From the human T2T-CHM13v2.0 reference genome, Homo sapiens: a stretch of 64,000 nucleotides of DNA. The position numbers and the translations under genes were made by a program. Shown piece after piece: positions 40,360 to 54,764 of this stretch; position 1 is the first letter of the stretch; each line of letters starts with the position of its first letter. Below the pieces are notes generated by a model that saw nothing but the letters and a program-made list of their open reading frames with translations, had not been told where the DNA came from and did no database searches. The stretch lies in the NCBI RefSeq assembly GCF_009914755.1, contig NC_060939.1; one strand, given 5' to 3'.

Positions 40360-40575
40360 AAGCATGTGTTATAAAGCAACTTACAGATATGATCTCATTT
40401 AATCCTCAGAACAATGTTGTGATAAATAGTATTATTACTCTCATTATACAGATGTGTGAAAACTTAGGCACAGAGAAGTAAAGTTACTTGTCCAGGTTTG
40501 TACAGTTAAGTGATGGCGTCATGTTTAAATGCCCAAGGGACCTGACTCTGTCATCCAAGCCTTTAGGCACTGAAC
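40360..40575 (-). mobile_element. MIR SINE
   Basis: atctcatttaatcctcagaacaa...aggcacagagaagtaaagttacttgtccagg. Confidence 0.85.
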
Positions 40576-40599
40576 CTGCCTGCCTACCTGCCACAGCAT

Positions 40600-41292
40600 T
40601 TTATTTTTAATAACTTCAACTTTTATTTTAGATTCAGGGGGTATATGTGCATGTTTGATACATGGGTATATTGCATGATGCTGAGAATGAGGATACAAAT
40701 GATTCTATCACCAGATAGTGAGAATAGTACTCAACAGTTAATTTTTCAACCCTCTGCCCACTCCCGTCATCCCCCTCGCGGTAGTTCCAGTATCTGTTGT
40801 TGCCATCTTTATGTCCATGAGTACCCAATGTTTAGCTCCCACTTATAAAAGAGAACATGCAATATTTGGTTTTCTGTTTCTGCAATAATTCGCTTAGGAT
40901 AATAGCCTCCAGCTCTATCCATGCTGCTGCAAAGGACATGATTTTGTTTTTTTTTTTTCATGGCTGTGTGGTATTCCATGGTATATACTTACCACATTTT
41001 CTTTATCCAATCCAACATTGATGGGCACCTAGGTTGATTCCATGTTTTTGTGAATGTGTATAGTACTGCAATGAATATACAAGTGCATGTGTCTTTTTTG
41101 TGGAGTAATTTATTTTTCTTTTGGTATATACTCAATAATTGGGTTTCTGGGTCAAATGGTAGTTATGTCTTAAGTTCTTTGAGAAATCTTCAAACTGCTT
41201 TCTACAGTGGCTGAGCTAATTTACAATCCCTCCAGCAGTGTATAAGTGTTCCCTTTTCTCCATAGCCTTTTTAATAGTAGCCATCCTGATGG
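40600..41292 (-). mobile_element. L1 3' end (L1PB4/L1PA15-16-like)
   Basis: acttttattttagattcagggggtatatgtgc...gggtatattgcatgatgctgag...tttagctcccacttata. Confidence 0.88.
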
Positions 41293-42019
41293 ACTTTACT
41301 GTCCTCAGTTATGAAGTGAAGGCACTGGAGGAGATGGTCCCTCAACACCATCCATTCTTGTGTTCTCTGATCTGTGGGCACAGTGAGGAAGAAATAGGTG
41401 TTGTCTGAGAAGCAAGTCAGAACTCTCAGATGGGGCCAGAATATAGCTGTTTGTGAATGTCAGCTTCTGGCTACAGCACAGAATGATCTAGAGCATCTGG
41501 ATATCTGTACTAGTAAGGAAGATGTTCTACTGTTATGTATCCATTTTATTATTCACAATCTCTTTCATGAACCTGCCAATTTTCTGCATGCTAAGCATGG
41601 AGTATAGTTTGGTGTGGACAAATTGGTGATCTTTGTGATGCTTATTCTGAAATTTTGATCCTCTTGTTTTCAGAGATCTGTTTGTATCCTGAACATTAAA
41701 TACAAAAAGGTGAGAGGATTCTAAGCATAAGAAATTGCAAACACAGAGAGTAAATATCCATCAAGAAAAAAAATTTGTGTATAGATAGCAGTAGTGGAAT
41801 GGTGTGAGTGGAGAGGATAAGGACACAGGGACATCACAGAATTAAAAAAATCATAAACATGCTTCGTGGGAATGGAAAAGTCATAAGACTCTGAAGCTTC
41901 TTTCAGGGGTCAGATGGTTTCTCACGACCTTTCCCCTGTCTTTCGGATATATGCTCCTCTCTCAAGTATACATGAACTTTTAGCAACCTTTCATAATGCT
42001 TTAAAGAAACAAGGCTGCC

Positions 42020-42863
42020 CTAGTCTGGGTCCTAGCAGGGAACAAATTTACCCCAGACTTAAAATAAAAAATGTATAGTGAGTGACTACTAGCAGAGGTG
42101 TTGGCTGCATTAAGTGGATAATCAAGGGATAGAGATGCTTCCAGAAACAAGCAATTAGTGGGGAGCCATGGGTGTCTCTGAGAGTGAAGGGGTAAAGAGA
42201 GAAAACATAGGATTATTAGAGCCTAGTTGGAGCTGGGTGCATGAAGGAGGAAGATTCAGCCAGTGGGAGCTAAAGCATGAGGGACACAAGTACAGCCTAC
42301 GGTACAGGGCTGAAGGAGGGAGGGATCAGGGAAGAAATCCACCCATTATCTTATATCTTTGTAGACTAGAAGTTCAACATAGTCATAGCCAAGGTGTCCA
42401 ACAGGGTTGCATTCCTTTCTGATGATTCCAGGGGAGAATCCATTTCCTTGCTTTTCCAGCTTCCGGAAACTACTTACATTCCTTGACACATGGCCCTTTC
42501 CTCCATCTTCGTAGCCAGCAATGCAATAGAGTTGAGTCCTCTGACCCTTCTCCCATCATTGCGTCTCTTTCTCTGACCACAGCTGGGAGACGTTCTCTAC
42601 TTTTAAGATTGCATGTAAGTACCTTGGGTCCACCCAGATAATCTAGAATAATCTCCCTAACTCAATGTCCTTAACTCTAATCACATCTGCAAAGTTGCTT
42701 TTGCCATTCTGAGAATCAGGGCATGGACATCTTTTGTGGGCCATTATTCTGCCTACTATTGCAGTCTCCTCGTGAGGGGATTTCCTCATGAGGCACATAG
42801 CAGGACAGAGAGGGAGAAAACGGGTCTGGGTGTGTGGCGGCCAAATGACGAATAGCCAGCACA
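42020..42863 (-). mobile_element. LTR33-type ERVL LTR, interrupted by MLT1D
   Basis: agtctgggtcctagcagggaacaaat reverse 3' end; 5' remainder ending ...aatagccagcaca. Confidence 0.6.
42348..42760 (-). mobile_element. MLT1D-type MaLR LTR
   Basis: aggggagaatccatttccttgcttttccagcttc, cacccagataatc, aatcacatctgcaaag, ggccattattctgcctac. Confidence 0.85.
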
Positions 42864-44819
42864 AAGGCAATTTGACATCTATTTCTCATCTCTAAAATGC
42901 ACAAATAGGTTGAACTTGGTTAATTTTAATGTTATCAATCTATTGACTTTCATATTTATTCAGTTGTTACTTGACCACCTGTTATATAACTAGACCTTTG
43001 CTAACTGCAAGTAGAAAAACTACACTAGAAATATAAGATCCAGTCTTTAGTCTGAGAAGTGTGTATCATCTAACTAGGTCAAGGGCTGTTAGACCTGAAA
43101 CGACTAATAAGAGATTGAGGCCTGAGGTATTGGAGGAATGAGGAGAAAAGGGAGACGAGAAAGTTCTGTGGGAATCATGGAAGGTATTTCATGCAGGTTA
43201 TTTAAATTCATCTGAATCCTGAAGCACGATTAGGGTTTAGGTTGTCAGAAGGGAGAAAACATTCTGACAATCTAGAAAAAGAAAGCAAAAAATGCTGGAA
43301 TGAACATATGAAATTTGCATATATTGTTCCTCCTATATAGCAAAAGTGAAAAAAAAAACTGTCATCCATTAAATGGCAATCATGCTCATAAAAATGTATA
43401 GGAGCCTACAGAGTGTCATTAAGTTTAAGAAAATATGATTTTACATGAATTACTTAGGAATAGTATTGAATATTCACTTCAGCTGACAGTGGAACTATAA
43501 TAGTCGTCACTGATAAACATACTCCTATTTGTTTTCTTATCTATCTATCTGTCTTCTATAAATCCATGAATACTGGCTTTTTTTCTTTGTCTCATTTGAC
43601 AGTGCTTAATTTCTTCCAGTTCCCAAACTTCTAGTCTTTGTGCATGTGTGTGTGTCATATTTGATTCTAAATATGTGAGAAGAAATAGTCTAACTCTAAA
43701 AATTCCATCAGTCACTTTACCATTTGTGAGATTATCAGACCGTGTGGGGTCAACTAGTTTTTAATAACCCAGAATGTTTGCAAAGGGTAGTGAGCTGGGA
43801 ACTGTGTCAGACTTGAGGGTCAAAAGGCAAGGGAAGGATTTTTAATCCCCTCCATTGACTATGGGGATGTAGACCTCCTAACCTCAGGTTCAAATCTATA
43901 AAACATTTAAAATAATGACAGAATTAATATGAGAAGGAAGTGGTTCACAGTAATGACATTACTCCAAAAAATTCAAAGTACCTTATAAATACATGGTAGT
44001 CAGCCAACTGAAGAATCATTACCTAAACATAGCCATGAACCCAGTGGAACCCAAAAATAGTTGTCAAAATATCAGCCCAATGAAAATCAGAGACAATTCA
44101 TTCTTACTTATTCTTAAATCAAAAAAGAAGCTAGGTTCCCCATATTCTAAGCTTTATCAACTTAGAAGCAAAAAAATTAAAAACTATTCAGGAAAGACAA
44201 CAGCTATTATCCAACAAAGCATTGTATCTCATTATCAGGAAACAAATGAGAAAAACATTAACGTGAAGAAAACACTCAAAAGTAATGAAAGACAGATGCC
44301 TGTGGGATTAGGGAAAACCCAGCATTCATGGTCATTCCCCGTCCTACAGAAAGCCCAATTTACCCCAAAGTGCCCAGAAGGCACCACTGTTTATATGGAC
44401 TGGAATAATGAATATTTGTAATGATTACATTAAATTACACAGAACGGTTAAATTATGTTTGCTATGATTTGCCTAAGACAACAGAGATATACCTAATATA
44501 TTCTAGAGAGATATTAATTCTAAATGATTAAAATTTTAATGACATTGGGAGTCTTCTGCAGTTTTTTGGGAAACTTAGCTCTCAGATACTTAGAGTTTTA
44601 TTATATTATTCCACTGATTTACAATGTAGAATGTCAGACATGACAACCATTCATGTGCCTGACTCCCTAATAGTTAGAGTTGAGTAAGAGATAACAGTGG
44701 CCTCTAAATTCTGGGCATCCTATCACTTCTCTTGGAGCATTTTGGCTGGCTTTGGCTTTAGAACTGGGGAACCTCAGTGGCATTACCAAAGTTGAGCAGC
44801 TTTATCACATGGACGCTTA

Positions 44820-45197
<378 letters not shown>

Positions 45198-46244
45198 CTA
45201 GGACCTTATAGTTGGCATGCATCATGACAGTTCACCTGTATTACTTATAGTTCATTTGCACTCTTATTAAATATTCATGAGTGCCTAGTCTCTGCAGGGC
45301 TCCGTGTTAGGCCCTGGGGATGCAAAAATGAATGGTGGGATAACCTGAAAACAAAATCATGTTTTTTTTTTTCTGTGGGTTCCTCATCAACCACCCCCCT
45401 ACTCTCTACCCACCCCCCATGCTCCAAGAAGTTAAGGGAGATGGGAATGTCCTGGGTTCTAGGGTTTCTTATGTTCTAAGAAAAGGTTCAAATACTTGTG
45501 ATTCAAGGAAGCACAGGGGTAGGCTGTGGACTAGGAGCCTAAGTGTGCTGAATCTATTTCCCAGAAGGTGAAGGAACCAGAGAAAGGATGTGGGAAGAGG
45601 CAGCATAGAATAGGTGGTGGCTAATCTTGAGAAACATGATGAATAAAGGTCCTTAGCAAAAGGAAGCATGGGGAAAAATATTCTGTGAGCAGAAGGGTTC
45701 TTGCCTTTTCTAGGACTGTTTGAATTTGGTTAATAAGCCTCTCAGCTACAAGCTCAAAGGAGTAAAAACAGAGACCACTTCCCACATTTCCAGACAGTCT
45801 AACATCTTGGGACTATCAAACAATTCTGGGTCAGTGACAGTCTCGGCAGGCACCTAGTAAGGATTTGGAAGAAGATTTAATTTGAATTTAAAACACAAAA
45901 TAAGGTGGTATTTCATCTACCTCAGAGTTATGAAACAGATTTATATTCATTACAAGTGACCAGGTCATGGATCCTGTTCTAGAGGAGCTTGTGGTCTACA
46001 AGGATCATTTCTACAAAATAAAACTAATCACTTTGTCAGATTTTTACTGGCAGGTTTTCTAACCTTCGCAAAAATCCTGAAACACAGGAATGATTGTCTA
46101 TATTTTGTAACTAAAGGAACATCCACTATGATATATCTATTAACGGAAATGGATACAAGTCACAGAAGTAGCACAGAACAAGACACGACATACTGTGCCA
46201 TGGAGCAACCTAACTCTCTGGGATGTCTAAACTTAGAGCATTAA

Positions 46245-46412
46245 AAGAGAGAGAGAGAGAGAAAGAGAGGGAGAGGGAGAGAGGGAGGGAGAGAGAAAGA
46301 GAAAAAGAGAAAGAGAAAGAAAGAGAGAAAGAAGGAAAGAACCTTTAGCAGATCCTGAAGAAAGAAAGAAAGAAAGAAAGAAGGAAAGAACCTTTAGCAA
46401 ATCCTGAAAGAA
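46245..46412. repeat. (GA)n/(GAAA)n tract with a 49-bp-period duplication
   Basis: gaaagaaggaaagaacctttagca(g/a)atcctgaa occurs twice. Confidence 0.93.
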
Positions 46413-47149
46413 AACACCTTTGATTGCTATTGTGGAGGAATGGCTCTATTATGTATATTTGTTTAAAAACTTTCTTTACGTAATTTTTCAAACATTTGGA
46501 AATTGTATAAAATGAGTGACAGCTCCTTTAAATAGCAATTGCTATCACTAGCCCTCAGTTTAACTGAATGTTATCTTTAAGAAGTGAAAGGAGTAAACAG
46601 TTTCTGCTGTGACTGAAAGATGTGCCGTAGAAAGTGGAATGAGCCACCCCAGATTGAGAGCTGAGGACCAGAGGGGACAAAGGTCACTGCGTATGGCTCT
46701 CTTCTGTCACATGCCAAGTGCTATTTGACACAGTTGTGGAAACTCTAGCATGAATAGTTGCCATGTTTTCACCTTAGAAATTTTCCAGTTACATTTTCAA
46801 AAAGGTGGAAGGATGACATGCAGCGAATCCTTTATCTGGTTTATAATGTAGAAAGATACGATTTTAAATAATTAATGCATTAAAAGGTTTTGGCACCTTG
46901 CTTCACATTTGCTTTTTATTTTCCATCTTGAAGTATCAGATCAAAGCTACCTAAGATCTGTCTTTGAGAGAGCAGCTCCCAGAGGTAGCAGATAGAAAAG
47001 GATAGGTCAAAAGGTGCCAGAAACCCCCAATACAAGAAAAATTGCAAATAAAAGTAGTCAGAAGCCTTTCCTTTATGAAAAACAGATTTCTGTAAGATAG
47101 ACTATAGCAATTCACAATTCTAGCCTCCTTCTGAATTGTAGGCATCCTT

Positions 47150-47500
47150 TCTATGATATTCCTAACATGAAGGTTTTCTTGCCTCTGCTTGAACTCATCC
47201 TTTGTGAGGCAGATTCGTCATCAGGAAATCTGTATCTGTCGCCATGTAAGTTCTACTCATGAATCTTGTTTCTAGAGCATGGCGTATAATATCTACTCTA
47301 ACTTCTATATGAAAGCCCTTAAATAATTTAAAGATGACTGTGATCCTTGTTCCCAAATACTTTAATTTAGGTTTCCTCAAACATGTCATATTGGCTGTTC
47401 TCTTCTGGATGTGCTACCATTTCCAATTGCCATCCTAAATCATGTATAAGGGACTCAAGATCTCTGACTCGGTTAGTATAGTAGAATTATTGCTTATTTT
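47150..47500 (-). mobile_element. L3/CR1 LINE fragment
   Basis: gcctctgcttgaac and tatgaaagcccttaaataatttaaagatgact resemble the reverse L3 3' region. Confidence 0.6.
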
Positions 47501-47734
47501 GTTATTTATTTTTATTTTCAAATTAATGACTGTGATCTTTTGAATAACACATTATAAAAGTTCAAGTCATCCAAATAAATACAAAGAAAATAGCAACAAC
47601 TGTACCTATAAAATATATCTCAGCAATGTCTACTTATTTTCTTCTATATTTGTTATTATAGCTATTCTGATAGGTAGGTAGTTATATTTTATTTTGGTTT
47701 AAATTTGCATTTCCCTGATTATTAAAGATATTGA

Positions 47735-48117
<383 letters not shown>

Positions 48118-48164
48118 CTAATTGGATTTAAAAAAATTATTATTGAGTGTTGCGATTTCTTCAT

Positions 48165-50237
48165 TTTAATTTTAATTTTGCTTATAATTCACATAATAAT
48201 TGTATATGTTTATGCTATATAGTATGATGTTTCAATACATGTGGACATTGTAAAGTAAGCAAATCAGGGCAGTTAGCGTGTCCATCACCTCAGACCTTTA
48301 TCATCTCTTTGTGGTGATAACTTTCATGATTTACTTTTCTAACTATCCTAAAATACACAACACACTGTTATGAGCTGTACTCCCCCTACTATGTAATAAA
48401 ACATTAGAACTTACTCTTCCTATCTAACTGTTACTTTGTACCCATTAACTTACCTCCTTTACTCCCCTCTCCACCCCTCCACAGCCTTTAGTAACCACCA
48501 CTCTACTCTGTAGTTACATAAGATCAACTTTCCTAGATTCCATATGTATGTGAGATCATACAATTTTGGTCTTTCTGTGTCTGACTTATTTCACTTAACA
48601 TTATGTCCTCTGGGTTTATCCATGTTATCACAAATGACAGGATTTCACACCCTTTTATAGCTGAATAGTATTCCATTGTGTATATATGCCACATTTTCTT
48701 TATCCATTCATTCATTCATGGACACTTGTTGATTTCATCTCTTGGTGTTGTGAAAAGTGCTGCAATAAATATGGGAATGCAGGTATCTTTCTGACACACT
48801 GATTTCAGATCCTTTGGATATATATGCAGTAGCAGAATTACTGGGTCATATAGTAGTTCTATTTTTAATTTTTTTTTTAGGAATCTCCATACTGTTTTCC
48901 ATAATGGCTGTATTAATCTACATTCCCACACCAACAGTCAAGGATTCCTCTTTCTCCACATTCTCACCAGCATCCATTATTCCCTGACTTTATGATAATA
49001 CCCATTCTAACTGGGGTGAGGTGATATTTCACTGTTTTGATTTGTATTTACCTAATGATTAGTGATTTGTATTTGTATTTACCTAATGATTAGTGATTTA
49101 CCTAATGATTATTTACCTAGCGATCAGTGATTTTGCTATTGAGCTTTTTGAGGTCGTTATACATGCTGCATGTTAAACTCTGTCAGATGCATAGTTTGCA
49201 AATATTTTCTCCCATTTTGCAGGTTGTCTCTTTGCTTTGTTTATTGTTTCCTTTGCTATGCAGAAGCTTTTTGCTTTGATGTAATCCCATTTGTCTATTT
49301 TTGCTTTTATTGCCTGTGCTTTTGTGGTTCTATTCAAAACAATACTCACCCAAGGAAATGCCATGAAGCGTTTCCCAAGTGTTTTCTTTCAGTAGTTTTA
49401 TAGTTTCAAGTCTTACATTTAAATATGTAATTGATTTTGAGTTGATTTTTGTATAAGGTAAGAAATAAGGGTCTAGTTTCCTACTTCTGCATGTGGATAT
49501 CCAGTTTTCCCAGCACCATTTATTGAAAAGACTGTCTTTTCCCCAACATATGTTCTTGGCACCATTGTGAAAAATAATTTGGCTGTGGATTTGTTTCTGA
49601 GTTCTCTATTCTATCCCATTGGTCTATGTGTCTGATTTTTTGTGCCAGTACTATGCTGTTTGGGTTACTGTTGCTTTCTAGTATATTCTGAAGTCAAGTA
49701 ATGTGATTCCTACAGCTTTTTTCTTTTGTTCAAGATTGCTTTGGCTATCCGAGGTCTTTTGTGCTTCCATACAAATTTTAGGAGTGTTTTTCCCATATCT
49801 GTAAAGAACGTCGTTGATACTTTGACAGCAATTGCACTGGATCTGTACATCACTTTGGGTAGTATGGACATTTTAATGATATTAATTCTTTCAATCATTG
49901 AGCATTGAGAATCTTTCTATCTCCTTATGTCCTCTTCAATTTCTTCCTTCAGTGTTTAATAGTCTTCATTGTAGAGATCTTTCACCTCCGTGGTTAAATT
50001 TATTGCTAGGTGTTTTTTTTTGTAGCTATTGGAATTACTTTTATTTCTTTTTAGGCTATTTCATTATTGGTGTTTAGAAATGCTACTGATTTGTGTGTGT
50101 TGATTTTGTATTCTGCCACTTTCTTGAATTCATTTATTAGTTATAATAGTTTTTGGTGAAGTCTTTGAGATTATATATATATATACACACACATATATGA
50201 GTGTGTATATATAGATGTGTATATATATGTATATATA

Positions 50238-50273
<36 letters not shown>

Positions 50274-50792
50274 AATGATTGTGTTGTCTTAAAACAGGAA
50301 CAGTTTTACTTTCTCCTTTCCCATTTGGATGCCCTTTATTTCTTCCTCTTGCCTAGTTGCTCCGGCTGGTACTTCCAGTACTATGTTGAATGAAAGTGGT
50401 AAGAATGGACATCCTCATCTTGTTCTAGATCTAAAGGGAAAAGCTAAAAGCTTTTGATATTAGTTGTGTGTTTGTCATATGTGAACTTTATTGTGTTGAG
50501 GTGTATGTTCCCTCTGTACCTAATTTGTTGAGTGTTTTTATAGTGAAAGATGTTGAATTTCATTGAATGCTTTTTCTGCATCTATTGAAGTGATCTTATG
50601 GTTTTTGCTTTGATTCTGTGAATGTGATGTATCATGTTTACTGATTTGCCCATTTTGAATCATCTTTGCATCTCTGGGATGAATCCCACTTGGCTATGGT
50701 GAATAATCTTTTTAATGTGCTGTTGGATTTGATTTGCTAGTATTTTGTTGAGGGTTTTTATGTCTGTGTTCATCAGGGATATTGACCTGTGG

Positions 50793-50844
<52 letters not shown>

Positions 50845-51482
50845 TTGTCTAGTTTTGGTACCAGTGTAATGCTAGCCTTGTAGAATGAGTTTTGAAGTAT
50901 TCCCTTTTCTTGATCTCTTTGGAAAAGCTTAAGAAGAATTTGTATTAGTTCTTCTTTAAATGTTTGGTAGAACTCAGTAGATATGTACCATCAGGTTCTT
51001 GGCTTCTATTTGATGGGAGAATCTTGATAACTGCTTCAATCTTGTCACTTGTTATTGCTCTATTCAAGTTTTTAATTTCTTTATGATTCAATCTTGGTAG
51101 GTTGTATGTGCCAAGGAACTTACCAGTTTTTTCTAGATTTTCCAATTTGTTGGTATACAGTTGTTCATAATAGTCTCTTGTGATCGTTGTATTACTGTGG
51201 TGTCAGTTTTAATGTTTCCTTTTTCACCTTTAATTTTGTAAATTTGAGTCTTCTCTCTTTTTTTCTTAGTGTAGCTAAAAGATGTGTCAATTTTACTTAT
51301 TTTTTTAAAAGAAAAACTCTGTTTCATTGATCTTTATTTTTTTAATCTCTATTTTGTTTATTTTTGCTTTGATCTTTGCTATTTTTCTCCTTGTACTAAT
51401 TTTGGATTTAGCTTGTTCGTGTTTTTCCAGTTCCTTGAGACGTAACATTAGGTTATTAGAGACCTTTCTACTTTTTTGATAT
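48165..51482 (-). mobile_element. L1MA (MA4/5-like), ~3.3 kb, containing (TA)/(TG) repeats at ~50172-50273 and (TG)n at ~50796-50842
   Basis: caaatcagggcagttagcgtgtccatcacctca 3' end; ORF2 remnants [16 protein letters not shown] and ERINIIKMSILPK; candidate TSD g(c/a)gatttctt. Confidence 0.9.
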
Positions 51483-52504
51483 AGGAGATTTCTTTATATA
51501 TTTTGATATTAGTCATCATATATGTGTGTTGTAATTATTTTCTTCCAGTCTGTAGTTTGTCTTTTTATCCTCTCAGTGTGATTTTTCACAGAGAAAAAGA
51601 TTATTAAAAATTTATCAAAATAGTTTTTAATTGTATCACTTTTTCTCTTTATGGATTATTCATTAAGTGTAAAGTATAAAAATTCTTTGAATAGCCCTAA
51701 ATCTCAAAGTTTATATTGTGCTTATCTCTAAAAGTGTTATAATTTTGTTTTACATACATGTCTGTAATCTATTTCAAGTTAATTTTTCTGTAAAGTTTGA
51801 GGTTTTGATTGAGGTTCAAAATGAACCTGTTACCAATGGATATCCAGTTGCTCCAGCAGCCATTTATTGAAAAGGCTATCTTTGCTCTCTTGAATTGCTT
51901 TTTCACCACTCTAAAATATGAGTGGAGCATTTTTTGTGTAGGTCTATTTCTGAGTTTCTTAGTCTGTTCCATTAATCTATGTGTCTGTTTCTCTACTAAC
52001 AACATAATGTCTTGATTACTGTAGCTATATAACAAGCCTTAATATTGGGTAGAGTTATTCTTTTCATATTATTCCTCTCTGTCAAAATTGTTTTAGCTAT
52101 TTTAGGGCTGGGGTCTTACCATATAAATTTTAAAATAACCTTGTCTCTTAATAAAAGAAAAAAAATTTCAAAAATGTACTGAGATTTTGATAGAAGTTGC
52201 GTTAAACCTGTAGATCAACTTAGGGAGTATGGACATACTATGTTGAGCTTTCCAATCCATGAATATGGTATGCCTTTCAGTTTATTCATGTTCTCTTTCT
52301 TTCATTATCATTTTGTAATTTTCTGCATACAGGTCGCATAACAGTTTTGTTAAGTGTATACTTATGTACTATATATTCTTTGGAGCAGTTACAATTTTTC
52401 AAAAATTACAGTTTCCATGTGCACATTTTTAGATATAGAAATTGTGTTGATTGATGTGCTGATCTTGTATTTTGTGACCTTACTGAAAGCACTTAATAAT
52501 TCTA

Positions 52505-52830
<326 letters not shown>

Positions 52831-52961
52831 TTATTTGAAGTTTCTATGTATTCCATCATGTCATTTGCAAATCAGAACAACATAATTGTCTTTCCAATCA
52901 ATATGATTTTATTTATATTTCTTACGTTGTTATACTGTCTTGACCTTTCAGTATTAGGTAG

Positions 52962-53283
<322 letters not shown>

Positions 53284-54212
53284 AATTCTTTTCTTTTTCT
53301 TTAGGTAGGAACTTCAATTATTGATTTGAAACTTTCCTCATTTCTAGTATAAGCCTTTTGTGTTACCAGTTTCCCTCTCAGCACTGCTTAAGATACATAT
53401 CACATATTTTGATATGTTCTATTTTCATTTGAACTCAGTAATATGTGTATTTAATAGACTTTTTCTTTGAACTATAGATTATTTAGAAGTGTGTTGTTTA
53501 GAGGTTTTCCTGTTGTCTTTCTGTCATTGGTTTCTAGTTTGATTCCATTAAGGCTGGGGAACACAATTTGTATGATTTCAATTCTGTTAAATTTGTGAAA
53601 TGTGTTTTTTTAGGATAGGATATGGGTCTATCTTGGTAAATGTTACATGAGAACTTGAAAAAAAAAAATCCTGGGTACTCTGCAGTTTGGAAGTGGATTG
53701 TTCTATATATGTCAACTAGATTCTGTTGTTTGATTGTGTTCTTCAGATCATCTGATTTTTCTGCTGAAGAAGAGTGTTAATGTTCCCAACTATAATTGTA
53801 GATTTGTCTGTTTCTCCTTTCAGCTGATCAGTTTATGCTTAATGTATTTTGAGGTTATGTTTTTTAGTGTATACACATTTAGAATCATTGTATTTTTATT
53901 GATTAATCATTTTATCATTATACTTATCTCTAATAAATTTCTTTCCTCTGTAGCCTACTTTATTGGATATTAATACAGCCACTTGAGCATTTTTGATTAA
54001 TGTTTATATATCTTTTGCCATCTTTTTATTTTTGATTTGAAGTAAGCTTTCCATGCTTCACTTAGGGTGGGAAATTTTAAATATCAGAGCTTTCTTTGTT
54101 AGCAGCATATAGTTATGCAATTTATTTAAATCTGCAGTGCCAATCTTTTTTTGATGGGTGTGCTTAGACCACACATTTAAGATAATTATTAATATGTTAG
54201 AACCGAATATAT

Positions 54213-54764
54213 TTTGATGATTAGTTTTTATGTGTCAATTTGACTGAATTAAGAGATGCCCAGACAGGTGGTTAAAACATTATTTCTGGGTATGTTTGTG
54301 AGGATGTTTCCAGAAAAGGCTAGCATTTGAATCAGCAGACTGAGTAAAGAAGATAAAGATAATACTTGTCATGTGTACAGGCATCATCCAATCTGCTCAG
54401 GACCCAAATAGAACAAAAAGGTGGAGGAAGAGTGAATTATGTCTACCTCCTTGAGCTGGGACAGCCATCTTTTCATGCCCTCAGTTATCAGATCTCCTGG
54501 ATCTCAGTACTTTGGTCTCTAAGACTTATAGTAGTATTATCACGTGCCCTACCCCGTCTGACCCCCTCTCCAGTTCTCAGGCCTTTGGACTCAGACTGAA
54601 CTGTGCCACCAAGTTTTCCTTGCCTTCCAGCTTGCAGACAACAGATGGTGGGGCTTCTCTGCTCCGTAATTGTGTGATCCAATTTCCATAATAAATATCA
54701 TACATATTTATTATCATATACATAACACTTGGCTCTGTTTCTCTGGGGACTCCTGACTAATATA
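54213..54764 (+). mobile_element. MLT2B-type ERVL LTR
   Basis: tttttatgtgtcaatttgactg...aaacattatttctgggt...ctgtttctctggggactcctgactaata. Confidence 0.9.

Noticed and set aside
40125-40575. Inverted MIR pair as dsRNA
   Set aside because: Copies too diverged for stable long pairing
43993-44421. 142-aa ORF in unique sequence
   Set aside because: No recognisable domain; K/N/S/I richness follows A-rich composition; no supporting gene structure
45390-45420. Minus-strand G-quadruplex
   Set aside because: Only three G-runs of 3 or more
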